Of a stretch of DNA of 40,226 nucleotides, positions 27,468 to 37,200 are shown one piece after another. How positions within the stretch are numbered: position 1 is the first letter of the stretch; each line of letters starts with the position of its first letter. Source of the stretch: Anaerolineales bacterium (GTDB lineage: Bacteria; Chloroflexota; Anaerolineae; Anaerolineales; UBA4823); the NCBI GenBank assembly GCA_035291705.1, contig DATDRM010000037.1, forward strand, positions 1-40,226, given 5' to 3'. The notes below the pieces were generated by a model. The model did not search any database, had not been told where the DNA came from, and saw only the letters and a list, made by a program, of their open reading frames with translations. The position numbers were made by a program, and so were the translations under genes.

Positions 27468-30400
27468 TGGTTCGGAAAGCGGGCGATACCAGTGCAGTGC
27501 TCCCCGTCGGCGCGGTGATGGTCGTCGGGGGTGGGATCGCGGGTATGCAAGCCTCCTTAGACCTGGCCGATCAAGGCTTCAAGGTCTACCTGGTTGAAAA
27601 TAAGTCCGCCATCGGAGGGAAGATGGCGCAGCTCGACAAGACCTTCCCGACCAACGACTGCGCCATGTGCACCATCTCGCCCAAGCTGGTCGAGACTGGT
27701 CGCCATCCGAATATCGAGATCCTGACCAATACCAATGTGCTGGACGTCAGCGGGCAGGCCGGGGACTTCACCGTCACGGTGGAGCGCCAGCCCCGCTATG
27801 TCGACCTGAGCAAGTGCATCGCCTGCGGGGATTGCATCAAGGTCTGCCCGGTCATCGTCCCCGACACCTTTAACGAAGGACTGGCTCCTCGCCGGGCGGT
27901 CTATAAACTCTACCCGCAAGCCGTCCCCAACGCGTTTGCCATCGAAAAGCGCGGCATCGCCCCCTGCCGGGACGCCTGCCCATCCGGGCAGCGCGCCCAA
28001 GGCTACATCGCTCTGATCCGGGAGGGACGCTGGGAGGATGCTTTGCGGGTGATCAAAATGGACAATCCCTTTCCGGGCATCTGTGGGCGGATCTGCAACC
28101 ATCGCTGTGAAACGGCCTGCAACCGCGGCCAGGTCGACGAACCGATCAATATCCGCGCCCTGAAGCGCTTCGTCACCGATAAAGTCTACGCCTCGCCACG
28201 CCAACCGCTCGATCCAGTCGAGATTAAATACCCTGACCGGAGAGTCGCCATCATCGGCGCAGGACCATGCGGCCTGACGGCCGCCCAGGATGTCATTCGT
28301 GCCGGATACCCGGTGACGATCTTTGAAGCCATGCCCGTCGCAGGCGGCATGCTGCGCCTGGGCGTTCCCGAATACCGCCTGCCCGCCGAGGTCATCGAAC
28401 GCGAGGTGCAAGATGTCGTCGACCTGGGTGTTGACCTGCGCCTGAACACGCAAGTCAACAACTTGGACGACCTTTTCGAGGAAGGGTTTGCCTCTGTTCT
28501 GATCGCCGTCGGCGCTCACGAGGGTATCCGCCTGCCGATCCCAGGCGCCAACCTGGAGGGCGTGCTGATCAATACACATTTCCTGCGGGACGTCCGGCTG
28601 GGAAGGTACTCGAAGAAGGATGAAGGGGTGCCGGAGCTGGGGCAAAATGTATTAGTGCTCGGCGGCGGGAACGTGGCGATCGATGTCGCCCGCAGTGCAG
28701 TCCGCCTGGGTCGCCAGGTCTCAATGGCCTGCCTGGAAAGCGGCGAGCAGATGCCTGCCCACCCCTGGGAGATCCAGGCAGCCGAAGAGGAGGGCGTCGC
28801 CCTTTACCCAGGGCGCTCCTTCGAACGCGTCCTCCCAGACGAAAACGGCCGGGCCTGCGGCGTCGAGTGCATGCAGGTCAGCTCTTTCAGTTTCGACGAA
28901 GCTGGCCGCCTATCCGTCGAAAAGGCCCCTAATTCGAAGCATGTCATCGCCTGCGACACGGTGATCTTCTCGGTCGGTCAGCGCGCCGGCCTGGCTTTCA
29001 TTCCGGACGATGCTGGCGTTGGCCTGACCGAGCGCAAGACCATCGCCATCAATCCAAATACCTTTGCTGCAACTCGTCCAGGTGTGTTCGCAGCCGGGGA
29101 TAGCGTCTCCGGCACGGCCTTCGTGATCGAGGCGGTGAACAGCGGGCACAAAGCTGCCGAATCCATCCTGCGCTTCCTGCGCAGTGAAAACCTGGAGACG
29201 CCTCCCAAGCCGAAGTTGCCTGTGGTGCGCCTCACACGCCAGGAGCTCGAGGAACGGATGGGGCGTGGCGAGATCCACCGCAAGGGACGCATACCCCTGC
29301 CAGAGCTGCCCGTAGCGCAGCGGGTTGACAATTTCGCCGAAGTCGAAGGCGGATACGACGATGAGAGCGCCCAGGCCGAAGCCGCCCGCTGCCTGGCCTG
29401 TGGGATCTGCTCGGAGTGCATGTCCTGCGTCTTTGCCTGCGGGCGGAACGCCATTGACCATGATGACCTCCAACGCATCGAATCGCTGCAGGTCGGCGCG
29501 CTGATCCTCGCCCCAGGTTATCAGATTTACAACGCGCACCTGTCCGAAGAATATGGGCTGGGTCGCTACTCCAACGTGGTCACCGCTTTACAATACGAGC
29601 GGATGCTCTCCGCCAGCGGCCCCACCAAAGGACATGTCGAACGCCCCTCCGACGGGCACAAACCCAAGCGGATCGCCTTTTTACAGTGCGTTGGCAGCCG
29701 CGACCAAAGCCACGATTACTGCTCGTCGGTGTGCTGCATGTACGCAGCCAAGGAAGCCATCATGACCGTCGAGCACGCCAGGGCGGAGGCGCGCTCCGGA
29801 AATGGCGATGGCCAGGTGTCCTGCCAGGTCTTCTTCATGGACACGCGCGCCTTCAGCAAGGGGTACGAAGAATATTACCGCCGGGCGGAAGGCAAATACG
29901 GAGTCAAGTATACACGCTGCCGGCTGAGCGACCTTAAAGAAGACCCCCTCACCCACAACATCAGAGTCCGCTATGCTGCTCCATACCAGGGTATTCACGA
30001 GACCATCGAGGAAGAGTTTGACCTGCTGGTGTTATCCGTGGGGATGGAGATATCCGAGCCGGTTAAGGAACTCGGCCGGAACCTGGGGATCGAGCTCGAC
30101 CCTTACGGCTTTTGCCACACCACCCTATTTAATCCCTTGCAAACCAGCCGGGCTGGCATTTTTGTCGCCGGGCCCTTCCGTGAGCCAAAGGACATCCCCG
30201 AAACCGTGATGGAGGCCAGCGGGGCGGCGGCGAATGCGGCGCGCTTGCTCGCCCCGGCCCGCAACACCCTGGCCCAGGTACGCAGTTATCCGGACGAACG
30301 CGATATCATGGCAGAGGCCCCACGCGTCGGGGTGTTCGTCTGCCACTGCGGGAGCAATATCGGCGGTTTTCTCGACGTGCCCGGGGTGGCCGAGTACGCC

Positions 30401-32095
30401 CGCACCCTGCCCGGCGTGGCGCACGCCGAGGACAATCTCTACACCTGTTCCCAGGATACGATCGCCCATATTATCGATCAAGTTAAACAGCTGGAGTTGA
30501 ACCGGGTGGTGGTCGCTTCGTGCACGCCGCTCACCCACGAACCGCTCTTCCAGGATGCCATCCGCCAGGCCGGGCTTAACCCGCATCTCTTCGAGATGGC
30601 CAATATCCGCAACCAATGTTCGTGGGTGCACTCCTCTGATTGGGAAGGAGCGACCGCCAAGGCCAGGTCGATGGTACGCATGGCGGTGGCGCGCGCCAGT
30701 GAGCTGCAGCCACTGAAGACCTCCGAAGTGCCGGTCAACCATGCCGCCCTGATCATTGGCGGCGGGATAGCCGGGATGACTGCTGCACTCACGTTGGCCG
30801 ATCAGGGCTTTCCAGTCCATCTCATCGAGCGGGAAGAACAACTGGGCGGCAATCTGCGTCACCTGCACTACTTCCTGCCTGCAACTGCGTCTCTGCCGCT
30901 TCCTTTTCCCTCCCCTCAAGAATATCTCGCCGAAACGGTCGCCCAGGTCACCCGGCACCCAATGATCCAGGTTTACACGCAAGCTGAATTGATCGAGACC
31001 GGCGGATTTAAAGGCAACTTCACCTCCACGATCCGCCGGGATGAGGGCACATTCCAGGTGGGACATGGCGTGATCCTGATCGCCACGGGCGGCGTCGAAT
31101 ACAAGGGACGTGAATACGGCTACGGCACGCATCCCGGGATCCTTACGCAACTGCAATTCGAGGATTTCCTCGCCAACCAACCAGCTGAGATCAGCGACCT
31201 CCAATCTCTGGTCATGATCCAATGTGTTGGCCCAGGCGAGAAGTATTGCAGCCGCCTGTGCTGCACCACCGCCCTAAAGAACGCCCTCAAACTCAAGGAA
31301 CTCAACCCGCAAGCCCAGATCACGCTGCTCTACCGTGATATCCGCACCTATGGATTCAAGGAGCGCCTGTACACTGAGGCGCGGCGAGCGGGGGTCAGGT
31401 TCATCCACTTTGATTTTGATCGCAAGCCGGTAGTAAGAGTCAGTGAACAGCAAGATGCAAGCCGCAATCTGGGATCGATTACTGTCGAGGTGTGGGAGCC
31501 GCTGCTTGACAGGGAGATCACGCTGGAACCGGATCTGCTCGTGTTGAGCACACCTGTCGTCCCACCAAGCGGGGCGCGCGAGCTGGCTAGCCGGCTCAAG
31601 CTGCCGGTAGACATGGACGGTTTCTTCCTGGAGGCGCACGTCAAGTTGCGTCCGGTAGACTTCTCTGCAGACGGTGTCTTTATGGCCGGCCTGGCGCATT
31701 ATCCCAAGTTCCTCGACGAAACGATCGCCCAGGCCCAGGCAGCAGCCTCGCGGGCTGCCAATATTCTTTCACAGGAATTCATGCTGACAAACGCCCGCGT
31801 GGCGGTGGTAGACCCGCTAAAATGCGTCGGTTGTTTGACCTGTGTCCGGATTTGCCCTTACGATGTGCCGCGCGTGCGCGCTGACTTTGCCGGTGTTGGC
31901 AGTATCAGCGGCGCAGCGTATGTCGAGCCAGCCATCTGCCATGGATGTGGTACATGCGCCGCGGAGTGCCCAGCGCAAGCCATTCAGCTGATGCACTACA
32001 CCGACGCACAGACCCTGATGAAGCTGGATGCGCTTTTCAGACGCCAACCGGAAAAGGCAGGTTTTGTGCCCGTGACAAGCATAGAGGTACGCTGA
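27467..32095 (+). CDS. Giant HdrA-like / GltD(NfnB)-like / HdrA-like fusion oxidoreductase (HdrL-like), 1542 aa
   Basis: HdrA N-terminus (VVGGGIAGMQASLDLADQGFKVYLVE, FPTNDCAMC). Inserted GltD-type module (CRDACPSGQ...ICGRICNHRCETAC, VAIIGAGPCGLTAA, VLVLGGGNVAIDVA, FAAGDSVSG). HdrA core (FLQCVGSRDQSHDYCSSVCCMYAAKEA, FVCHCGSNI). Second HdrA-like unit (IIGGGIAGMTAALTLADQGFPVHLIE, MIQCVGPGEKYCSRLCC). C-terminal 2x[4Fe-4S] motifs. Confidence 0.85.
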   Translation: MVRKAGDTSAVLPVGAVMVVGGGIAGMQASLDLADQGFKVYLVENKSAIGGKMAQLDKTFPTNDCAMCTISPKLVETGRHPNIEILTNTNVLDVSGQAGDFTVTVERQPRYVDLSKCIACGDCIKVCPVIVPDTFNEGLAPRRAVYKLYPQAVPNAFAIEKRGIAPCRDACPSGQRAQGYIALIREGRWEDALRVIKMDNPFPGICGRICNHRCETACNRGQVDEPINIRALKRFVTDKVYASPRQPLDPVEIKYPDRRVAIIGAGPCGLTAAQDVIRAGYPVTIFEAMPVAGGMLRLGVPEYRLPAEVIEREVQDVVDLGVDLRLNTQVNNLDDLFEEGFASVLIAVGAHEGIRLPIPGANLEGVLINTHFLRDVRLGRYSKKDEGVPELGQNVLVLGGGNVAIDVARSAVRLGRQVSMACLESGEQMPAHPWEIQAAEEEGVALYPGRSFERVLPDENGRACGVECMQVSSFSFDEAGRLSVEKAPNSKHVIACDTVIFSVGQRAGLAFIPDDAGVGLTERKTIAINPNTFAATRPGVFAAGDSVSGTAFVIEAVNSGHKAAESILRFLRSENLETPPKPKLPVVRLTRQELEERMGRGEIHRKGRIPLPELPVAQRVDNFAEVEGGYDDESAQAEAARCLACGICSECMSCVFACGRNAIDHDDLQRIESLQVGALILAPGYQIYNAHLSEEYGLGRYSNVVTALQYERMLSASGPTKGHVERPSDGHKPKRIAFLQCVGSRDQSHDYCSSVCCMYAAKEAIMTVEHARAEARSGNGDGQVSCQVFFMDTRAFSKGYEEYYRRAEGKYGVKYTRCRLSDLKEDPLTHNIRVRYAAPYQGIHETIEEEFDLLVLSVGMEISEPVKELGRNLGIELDPYGFCHTTLFNPLQTSRAGIFVAGPFREPKDIPETVMEASGAAANAARLLAPARNTLAQVRSYPDERDIMAEAPRVGVFVCHCGSNIGGFLDVPGVAEYARTLPGVAHAEDNLYTCSQDTIAHIIDQVKQLELNRVVVASCTPLTHEPLFQDAIRQAGLNPHLFEMANIRNQCSWVHSSDWEGATAKARSMVRMAVARASELQPLKTSEVPVNHAALIIGGGIAGMTAALTLADQGFPVHLIEREEQLGGNLRHLHYFLPATASLPLPFPSPQEYLAETVAQVTRHPMIQVYTQAELIETGGFKGNFTSTIRRDEGTFQVGHGVILIATGGVEYKGREYGYGTHPGILTQLQFEDFLANQPAEISDLQSLVMIQCVGPGEKYCSRLCCTTALKNALKLKELNPQAQITLLYRDIRTYGFKERLYTEARRAGVRFIHFDFDRKPVVRVSEQQDASRNLGSITVEVWEPLLDREITLEPDLLVLSTPVVPPSGARELASRLKLPVDMDGFFLEAHVKLRPVDFSADGVFMAGLAHYPKFLDETIAQAQAAASRAANILSQEFMLTNARVAVVDPLKCVGCLTCVRICPYDVPRVRADFAGVGSISGAAYVEPAICHGCGTCAAECPAQAIQLMHYTDAQTLMKLDALFRRQPEKAGFVPVTSIEVR

Positions 32096-32580
32096 TGGCC
32101 GATCAAGACTTCCAACCCGAGATTATCGCCTTCTGCTGTCACTATTGCGCCTATGCCGCCGCCGACCTGGCTGGTTCCATGCGGCTGGAATACCCAACCT
32201 CGATCAAGGTGATCGAACTACCCTGCTCCGGCAAACTCGACGTGCTGTATGTCCTGCGCGCCTTCGAGGACGGTGCTGACGGGGTAATGGTGGCTGGCTG
32301 ACTGGAGGGCGACTGTCATTACCTGGAAGGTAATCTCAACGCCCGGCGGCGAGTTGAATACGCCCAGAAGTTGCTGAAGGAGATCGGCCTGGAAAGCCAG
32401 CGGATCCAGATGATCAATATCTCCTCAGCGATGGGCGGCCAGTTCGCCTGGTCAGCCGCCGAAATGACGGCCGAGATCAAGCGTATCGGAGCCAACCCGC
32501 TGAGGCAGAATGGAACTGAGGATCATTTGACCCAGGAAACCCCACCAGCTGAGGCCAGCCTGGGAAACGAAGGATTGTAG
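32095..32580 (+). CDS. mvhD: MvhD-like selenoprotein, in-frame UGA (32299-32301) read as selenocysteine
   Basis: Track ORFs 31945..32301 and 32371..32580 are in the same frame. The read-through gives ...GADGVMVAG-U-LEGDCHYLEGN..., collinear with the Cys paralog ...GADGVYVVA-C-PIGNCHHVRGN... through the shared C-terminal G(P/A/S)NPL motif. Hairpin downstream. The start overlaps the upstream stop (TGATG). Confidence 0.8.
32307..32344 (+). promoter_or_regulatory. SECIS-like stem-loop 5 nt downstream of the UGA
   Basis: GGGCG-ACTGTC-ATTACC-TGGAA-GGTAAT-CTCAA-CGCCC, with outer stem 32307-11/32340-44 and inner stem 32318-23/32329-34. The same architecture occurs in the second UGA-containing paralog and is absent from the Cys paralog. 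Confidence 0.55.
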
Positions 32581-32591
32581 GAGGCTACGAC

Positions 32592-32996
32592 ATGGCAGAG
32601 ATGGAGAAAAGATCCTATATCCTGATCGTCGACGATGACCCGGACATCCTGGAGGGCATCGTCACTATCCTGGAGTCACAACCCTATCGCCTGGCCACGG
32701 CGCGGGATGGGAAAAAATGCATGGAGATGATCACACAGGAAATCCCGGATCTCTTGATCCTGGACCTGCTCATGCCGCGCATGGACGGTTGGGGCGTGAT
32801 TCGCGAGATGCGCAGCGAACCACGCTACACCCACGTTCCGATCATGGTGCTGACCACGGTCATTGAGGATGCCAGCCGGCGGCGCTATGAACTCGAGACC
32901 GGGATGGCGATGGACATCCAGGACTTCGTCCAAAAACCGGCTAACCCGGCAGATTTACTACAACGGGTAGAGAAACTGCTAAAAATCCATGTTTGA
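32592..32996 (+). CDS. Stand-alone response regulator receiver (CheY-like, no output domain)
   Basis: ILIVDDDPDI, phospho-acceptor context LLILDLLMPRMDG, conserved T (VLTT) and K (QKP). 134 aa, GGAGG RBS. Confidence 0.85.
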   Translation: MAEMEKRSYILIVDDDPDILEGIVTILESQPYRLATARDGKKCMEMITQEIPDLLILDLLMPRMDGWGVIREMRSEPRYTHVPIMVLTTVIEDASRRRYELETGMAMDIQDFVQKPANPADLLQRVEKLLKIHV

Positions 32997-34206
32997 AGTG
33001 TCTGCGCGCTCTCTCACGGTAACTGCAGAGCGGTTGCGCCGCTCAGAAATCTTCAGCGAACTATGCGATGAGGATTTAATCGCCATCGCCGAATTTTGTC
33101 GTGAGCAAACTTTCCACGAAGGTGAATTTGTGCTGGTGGAGGGCGCGCCCGCCGAGACCATGTTCATCGTAGAGCGCGGCAAACTGGCCCTGGAAAAGAA
33201 AATCCAGATCGGGCGGCACTCGACGCCGCGCAACGCGACCATCGGATACGTTGAACCAGGTAAGATCGCCGGCTTCTCTACCCTGACGATGCCCGATGAA
33301 TATTCCACCTCTGCCGTGTGCCTCGAACCCACCCGCGTCATTGCAGTCGATGGGAAAGCCTTGCGCGCCTTCCTGGAAACCCACCCGGCAGCCGGTCTCA
33401 AGGTGATGAGGATTCTAGCAATGCTGGTCGGCGGTCGCTATCGCAACGCAACCAACACCCTTACTTACTTCCTTTCCATTGTCTCGCACGAACTGCGTGG
33501 GCCTCTGGCAGCCATTGAGAACTATTTACAAACGATGCTCGGAGGCTTCGCCGGGGAGCTCAACCCAAAACAAAAACGCATGATAGAACGCAGCATCCTG
33601 CGCGTGGTCGACCTGCGCACCCTGATCGGCGACGTGGTCGACCTGGCGCGCATGCGCCCGGAACAGATCCAGGCCGATTTCGAATGGTGCAACCCAGGCG
33701 AAATAGGTACCGAATCGGTCGAGGATGCGCGCCTGGCAGCAGCCGAGAAAGGCATTCGCTTGATCATCGAACCGCCGCCCAAGTTCGAACCTATCGTTGG
33801 AGCGCGGCGACGATTACGGCAGGTTTTCACCAACCTGCTAAACAACGCCATAAAATTCTCACCCCCGGACAGCCGAGTGTTTTTTCGCGCCTGGTATGAA
33901 CAAGAAGCGGTCGTCTTAGAAGTCGAGGACGAAGGCCCGGGCATCCCCGAAGAAGACCTGCCCCATATCTTCAAAGATTTCTTCCGCGCCAGCAACGTCG
34001 AACAGACTCAAGGCGCGGGACTCGGCCTTTCGATCGCCATGAAAATCATTGAAGCTCACAATGGAAGAATCCTGGTCAGGAACTTGACTGGCGAGGCCGG
34101 CAAAACCGGCACCCGCTTTACTGTCTACATCCCCCGCGATCTGCTGACGCCTGAGATGCGTCGCAGGGAGTGGATAGCGACGGAAAGCGACCAGCTCAAA
34201 GGGTAG
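32989..34206 (+). CDS. Soluble sensor histidine kinase with an N-terminal CAP_ED (cNMP-binding-like) domain
   Basis: Crp-type beta-barrel pattern (IFSEL...F.EGEFVLVEGAPAETMFIVERGKLAL). H-box SIVSHELRGPL, N-box NLLNNAIKFSP, G1 EDEGPGIP, G2 GAGLGLSI. No TM segments. The start overlaps the receiver stop (ATGTTTGA). Confidence 0.85.
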   Translation: MFEVSARSLTVTAERLRRSEIFSELCDEDLIAIAEFCREQTFHEGEFVLVEGAPAETMFIVERGKLALEKKIQIGRHSTPRNATIGYVEPGKIAGFSTLTMPDEYSTSAVCLEPTRVIAVDGKALRAFLETHPAAGLKVMRILAMLVGGRYRNATNTLTYFLSIVSHELRGPLAAIENYLQTMLGGFAGELNPKQKRMIERSILRVVDLRTLIGDVVDLARMRPEQIQADFEWCNPGEIGTESVEDARLAAAEKGIRLIIEPPPKFEPIVGARRRLRQVFTNLLNNAIKFSPPDSRVFFRAWYEQEAVVLEVEDEGPGIPEEDLPHIFKDFFRASNVEQTQGAGLGLSIAMKIIEAHNGRILVRNLTGEAGKTGTRFTVYIPRDLLTPEMRRREWIATESDQLKG

Positions 34207-34226
34207 CTTCAGGTGAACTGAGAACG

Positions 34227-37200
34227 ATGAATAAGAGTGATTCGGCCATGATTAAATTAAACACAGCCGCACAAGTCGGCCCGGTCGGCGCCGTCCTGGT
34301 GGTCGGCGGCGGCATCGCTGGGATGCAAGCGGCGTTAGACCTGGCCGATCAGGGCTTCAAGGTATATCTCGTCGAGGAGAAATCGGCCATTGGCGGGCAC
34401 ATGGCCCAGCTCGACAAGACCTTCCCCACCAATGACTGCGCCATGTGCAACATCAGCCCCAAGCTGGTGGACACCGGGCGGCACACCAATATCGACATCC
34501 TCACCAATAGCGACGTGTTGAGCGTCGAGGGGCAAGCTGGCAATTTCACCGTGACCCTGCGTCGCAGGCCGCGCTACATCGATGTCGACAAGTGCGTGGG
34601 GTGTGGAGATTGTGCCGAGGTTTGCCCGGTTTCTATCCAGGACCTCTATGAAGAAGGATTGAAGGAGCGGAAAGCCGCTTATCGCCTCTACACCCAGGCA
34701 GTCCCCGCAGCTTACGCCATCGAGAAGCTCGGGATCGCTCCCTGCCGGGGGAGCTGCCCGGCCGGGCAACGCGCCCAGGGGTATATCGCCCTGATCGCCG
34801 AAGGCAGGTATCGCGAGGCACTGCGCGTCATCAAGGAGGATAACCCCTTCCCGAGCGTCTGTGGGCGAACCTGTCACCATCCATGCGAGGGCAGCTGCTC
34901 ACGTGCCCTGGTCGACCAGGCAGTGGGTATCATGTCGCTGAAGCGCTTCGTCGTCGACTACGCCCTGGCGTATGGACGGGAAAAGGTGGAACCAGTTCCC
35001 CGCACCCGTGCGGAATGGATTGCCGTGGTCGGTGCCGGGCCAGCCGGGTTGACCGCGGCGCATGACCTGGTGAAGCTCGGCTACGGGGTGACCGTCTACG
35101 AGGCGCTGCCGGTGGCCGGCGGCATGATGCGCGTCGGCATCCCGGCTCACCGCCTGCCTAAAGGCGTCCTTCAACAAGATATCGACGACATCCTTGCCCT
35201 GGGAGTGATGCTCAAGACAAACACCCCGGTTAAAGACCCGACGGCGCTGCTCAAGCAGGGATATGACGCAGTCTGCCTGGCGACCGGCATATCCTCCCCT
35301 GACCATTCCCTCGGCATCGACGGCGAGGAAGCGGACGGCGTTCTTTCAGCGGCCACCTTCTTACGTAAAATCAACCTCGGCGAGAAAATCACCATCGGAG
35401 AGCGTGTAGCCGTGGTGGGTGGTGGGATCACCGCCTTGGACACCGCGGCGGTTGCCAGGAGGTTGGGAGCGCAGGCGGTCTATCTGGTTCTCGACCGCCC
35501 ACGCGGTGAGCTGCCCGCTTACCATTGGGAGATGGCAGCAATTGAAGCGGAAGGCATCCATTTACACGAGCGCACCACTGCCATCCGCGTCCTGTCAGCC
35601 GGTGGTAAAGTAGTTGGCATTGAGCTCGCCCAAGCCAGCCAGGGTATAGAAGTGGATGCCAGCGGGCGGCGGCGTCCAAAGGTCAAAACTGGCTCGGAAT
35701 TCATCCTGGATGTCGACACGATCATCGGAACGGTGAGCCAGTTTTCAGATTTGAACTACCTGGATTCCCGCTTCGACGATCTGGCCGGCGATCCCCAGAC
35801 CCTGGCTAGCAAGGTCCCCGGTCTGTTCGTGGTCGGCGGCCGCAAGACCGGCGCCAGTTATATTATTGAAGCAGTGGCTCTCGGGCACCGGGTGGCCCGC
35901 TCTATCCACCAATTCCTGCAAAAACAACCGCTGGACCAGCCTGATCCACCGGCGCCACCCGTCGTGAAGTTCACCCGCCAGGAACTGGCCGAAAAAGTGG
36001 CAGCGGGTGAGATTCAACCGCAGGCGAGGATTGAACCCGCGCTGCTGCCAATGGAAGAGCGGGTGACCAGTTACCGCGAAGTTGTCCTCGGGCTGACTGA
36101 ACACCAGGCGCGGGCGGAAGCCCAACGCTGTCTGCAATGTGGCATCTGCTCAGAATGCCTGGCGTGCGTTTATGCTTGCGGAGTGAATGCCATCGACCAC
36201 AACATGGTGACGCGCCAGGAGCAGCTCAACGTGGGCGCAGTCATCCTGGCCCCTGGCTACCAGGTTTACCACGCCGAACTTTCAGAGGAATTTGGGTTTG
36301 GACGCTTCCCGAACGTAGTCACTGCCCTGCAGTTCGAACGCCTGTTATCAGCTTCCGGCCCGACGATGGGCCATATCAGCCGGCCTTCTGACCACAAAGC
36401 CCCCAGCCAGATCGCTTTCCTGCAGTGCGTGGGTTCCCGTGACCAGAGCCATGACTACTGCTCGGCGGTGTGTTGCATGTACGCCACCAAAGAAGCGGTG
36501 ATCGCCAAAGAACACCTGCCCGGCCTGGATGTGCATGTCTTTATGATGGATATGCGCGCTTTCTCCAAGGGATATTGGAGCTACTTCGAGCGAGCCCGCG
36601 ACCGCTATGGCGTCCACTACCACCGCAGCCGGATCAGCAGCTTATGGGAAGATGCTGAATCCCATGACCTGCTCCTGAATTATCTGGACGAGGGCGGGGT
36701 ACTGCACTCCGAACGCTTCGATATGGTTGTTCTTTCAGTGGGCATGGAGATCTCGGAATCCGTGCGCCAGATGGGACTTCGCCTGGGAATAGAGCTGGAT
36801 GAATATGGCTTCTGTCACACAACCCAATTCAACCCGTTAGAGACCAGCCGCCCCGGCATTTTCGCAGTTGGCCCATTTCGCGAGCCAAAGGATATCCCCG
36901 AATCTGTCGTCGAGGCTAGCGGAGCAGCCGCCACCAGCGCAGCCTTACTCGCTGGTGCACGTGGGTCGCTGACCCACATGCGTGAATACCCCGTTGAACG
37001 GGACGTTTCCGCAGAGCCACCGCGCATCGGGGTTTTCGTCTGTCATTGCGGTTCGAACATCGCCGGCTTTCTCGATGTGCCTGGCGTGGCCGGGTACGCG
37101 CGCCGGCTTCCCGATGTCGTTCACGCAGAAAATACGCTCTACGCCTGCTCTCAAGATTCGATTAAGTTAATTTCTCAGCGCATACAAGAGCTCAGCCTGA

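Noticed and set aside
27557-28645. Long antisense or alternate-frame ORFs throughout (e.g. 1590..2378-, 2942..3622-, 13107..13739-, 15783..16862-, 17836..18549-, 23650..24288-, 27557..28645-, 30125..31222-, 24087..24665+)
   Set aside because: All lie inside confidently identified genes on the other strand or frame. They have Arg/Pro/Gly/Ala-biased low-complexity translations and no motifs, as expected for stop-poor frames in high-GC DNA.
31945-32580. mvhD copies at 32095..32580 and 38792..39205 as pseudogenes disrupted by nonsense mutations
   Set aside because: Both carry the stop at exactly the same, Cys-equivalent codon. Both keep about 70-90 conserved in-frame codons afterwards and both have a similar hairpin right after the UGA. 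Two independent nonsense mutations would not do this, so Sec recoding is the better explanation.
34170-34226. Tracked start 34170 for the third hdr-like gene
   Set aside because: It overlaps the kinase 3' end by 37 nt and adds residues absent from the paralog. ATG 34227 or 34248 matches the paralog's N-terminal length better.
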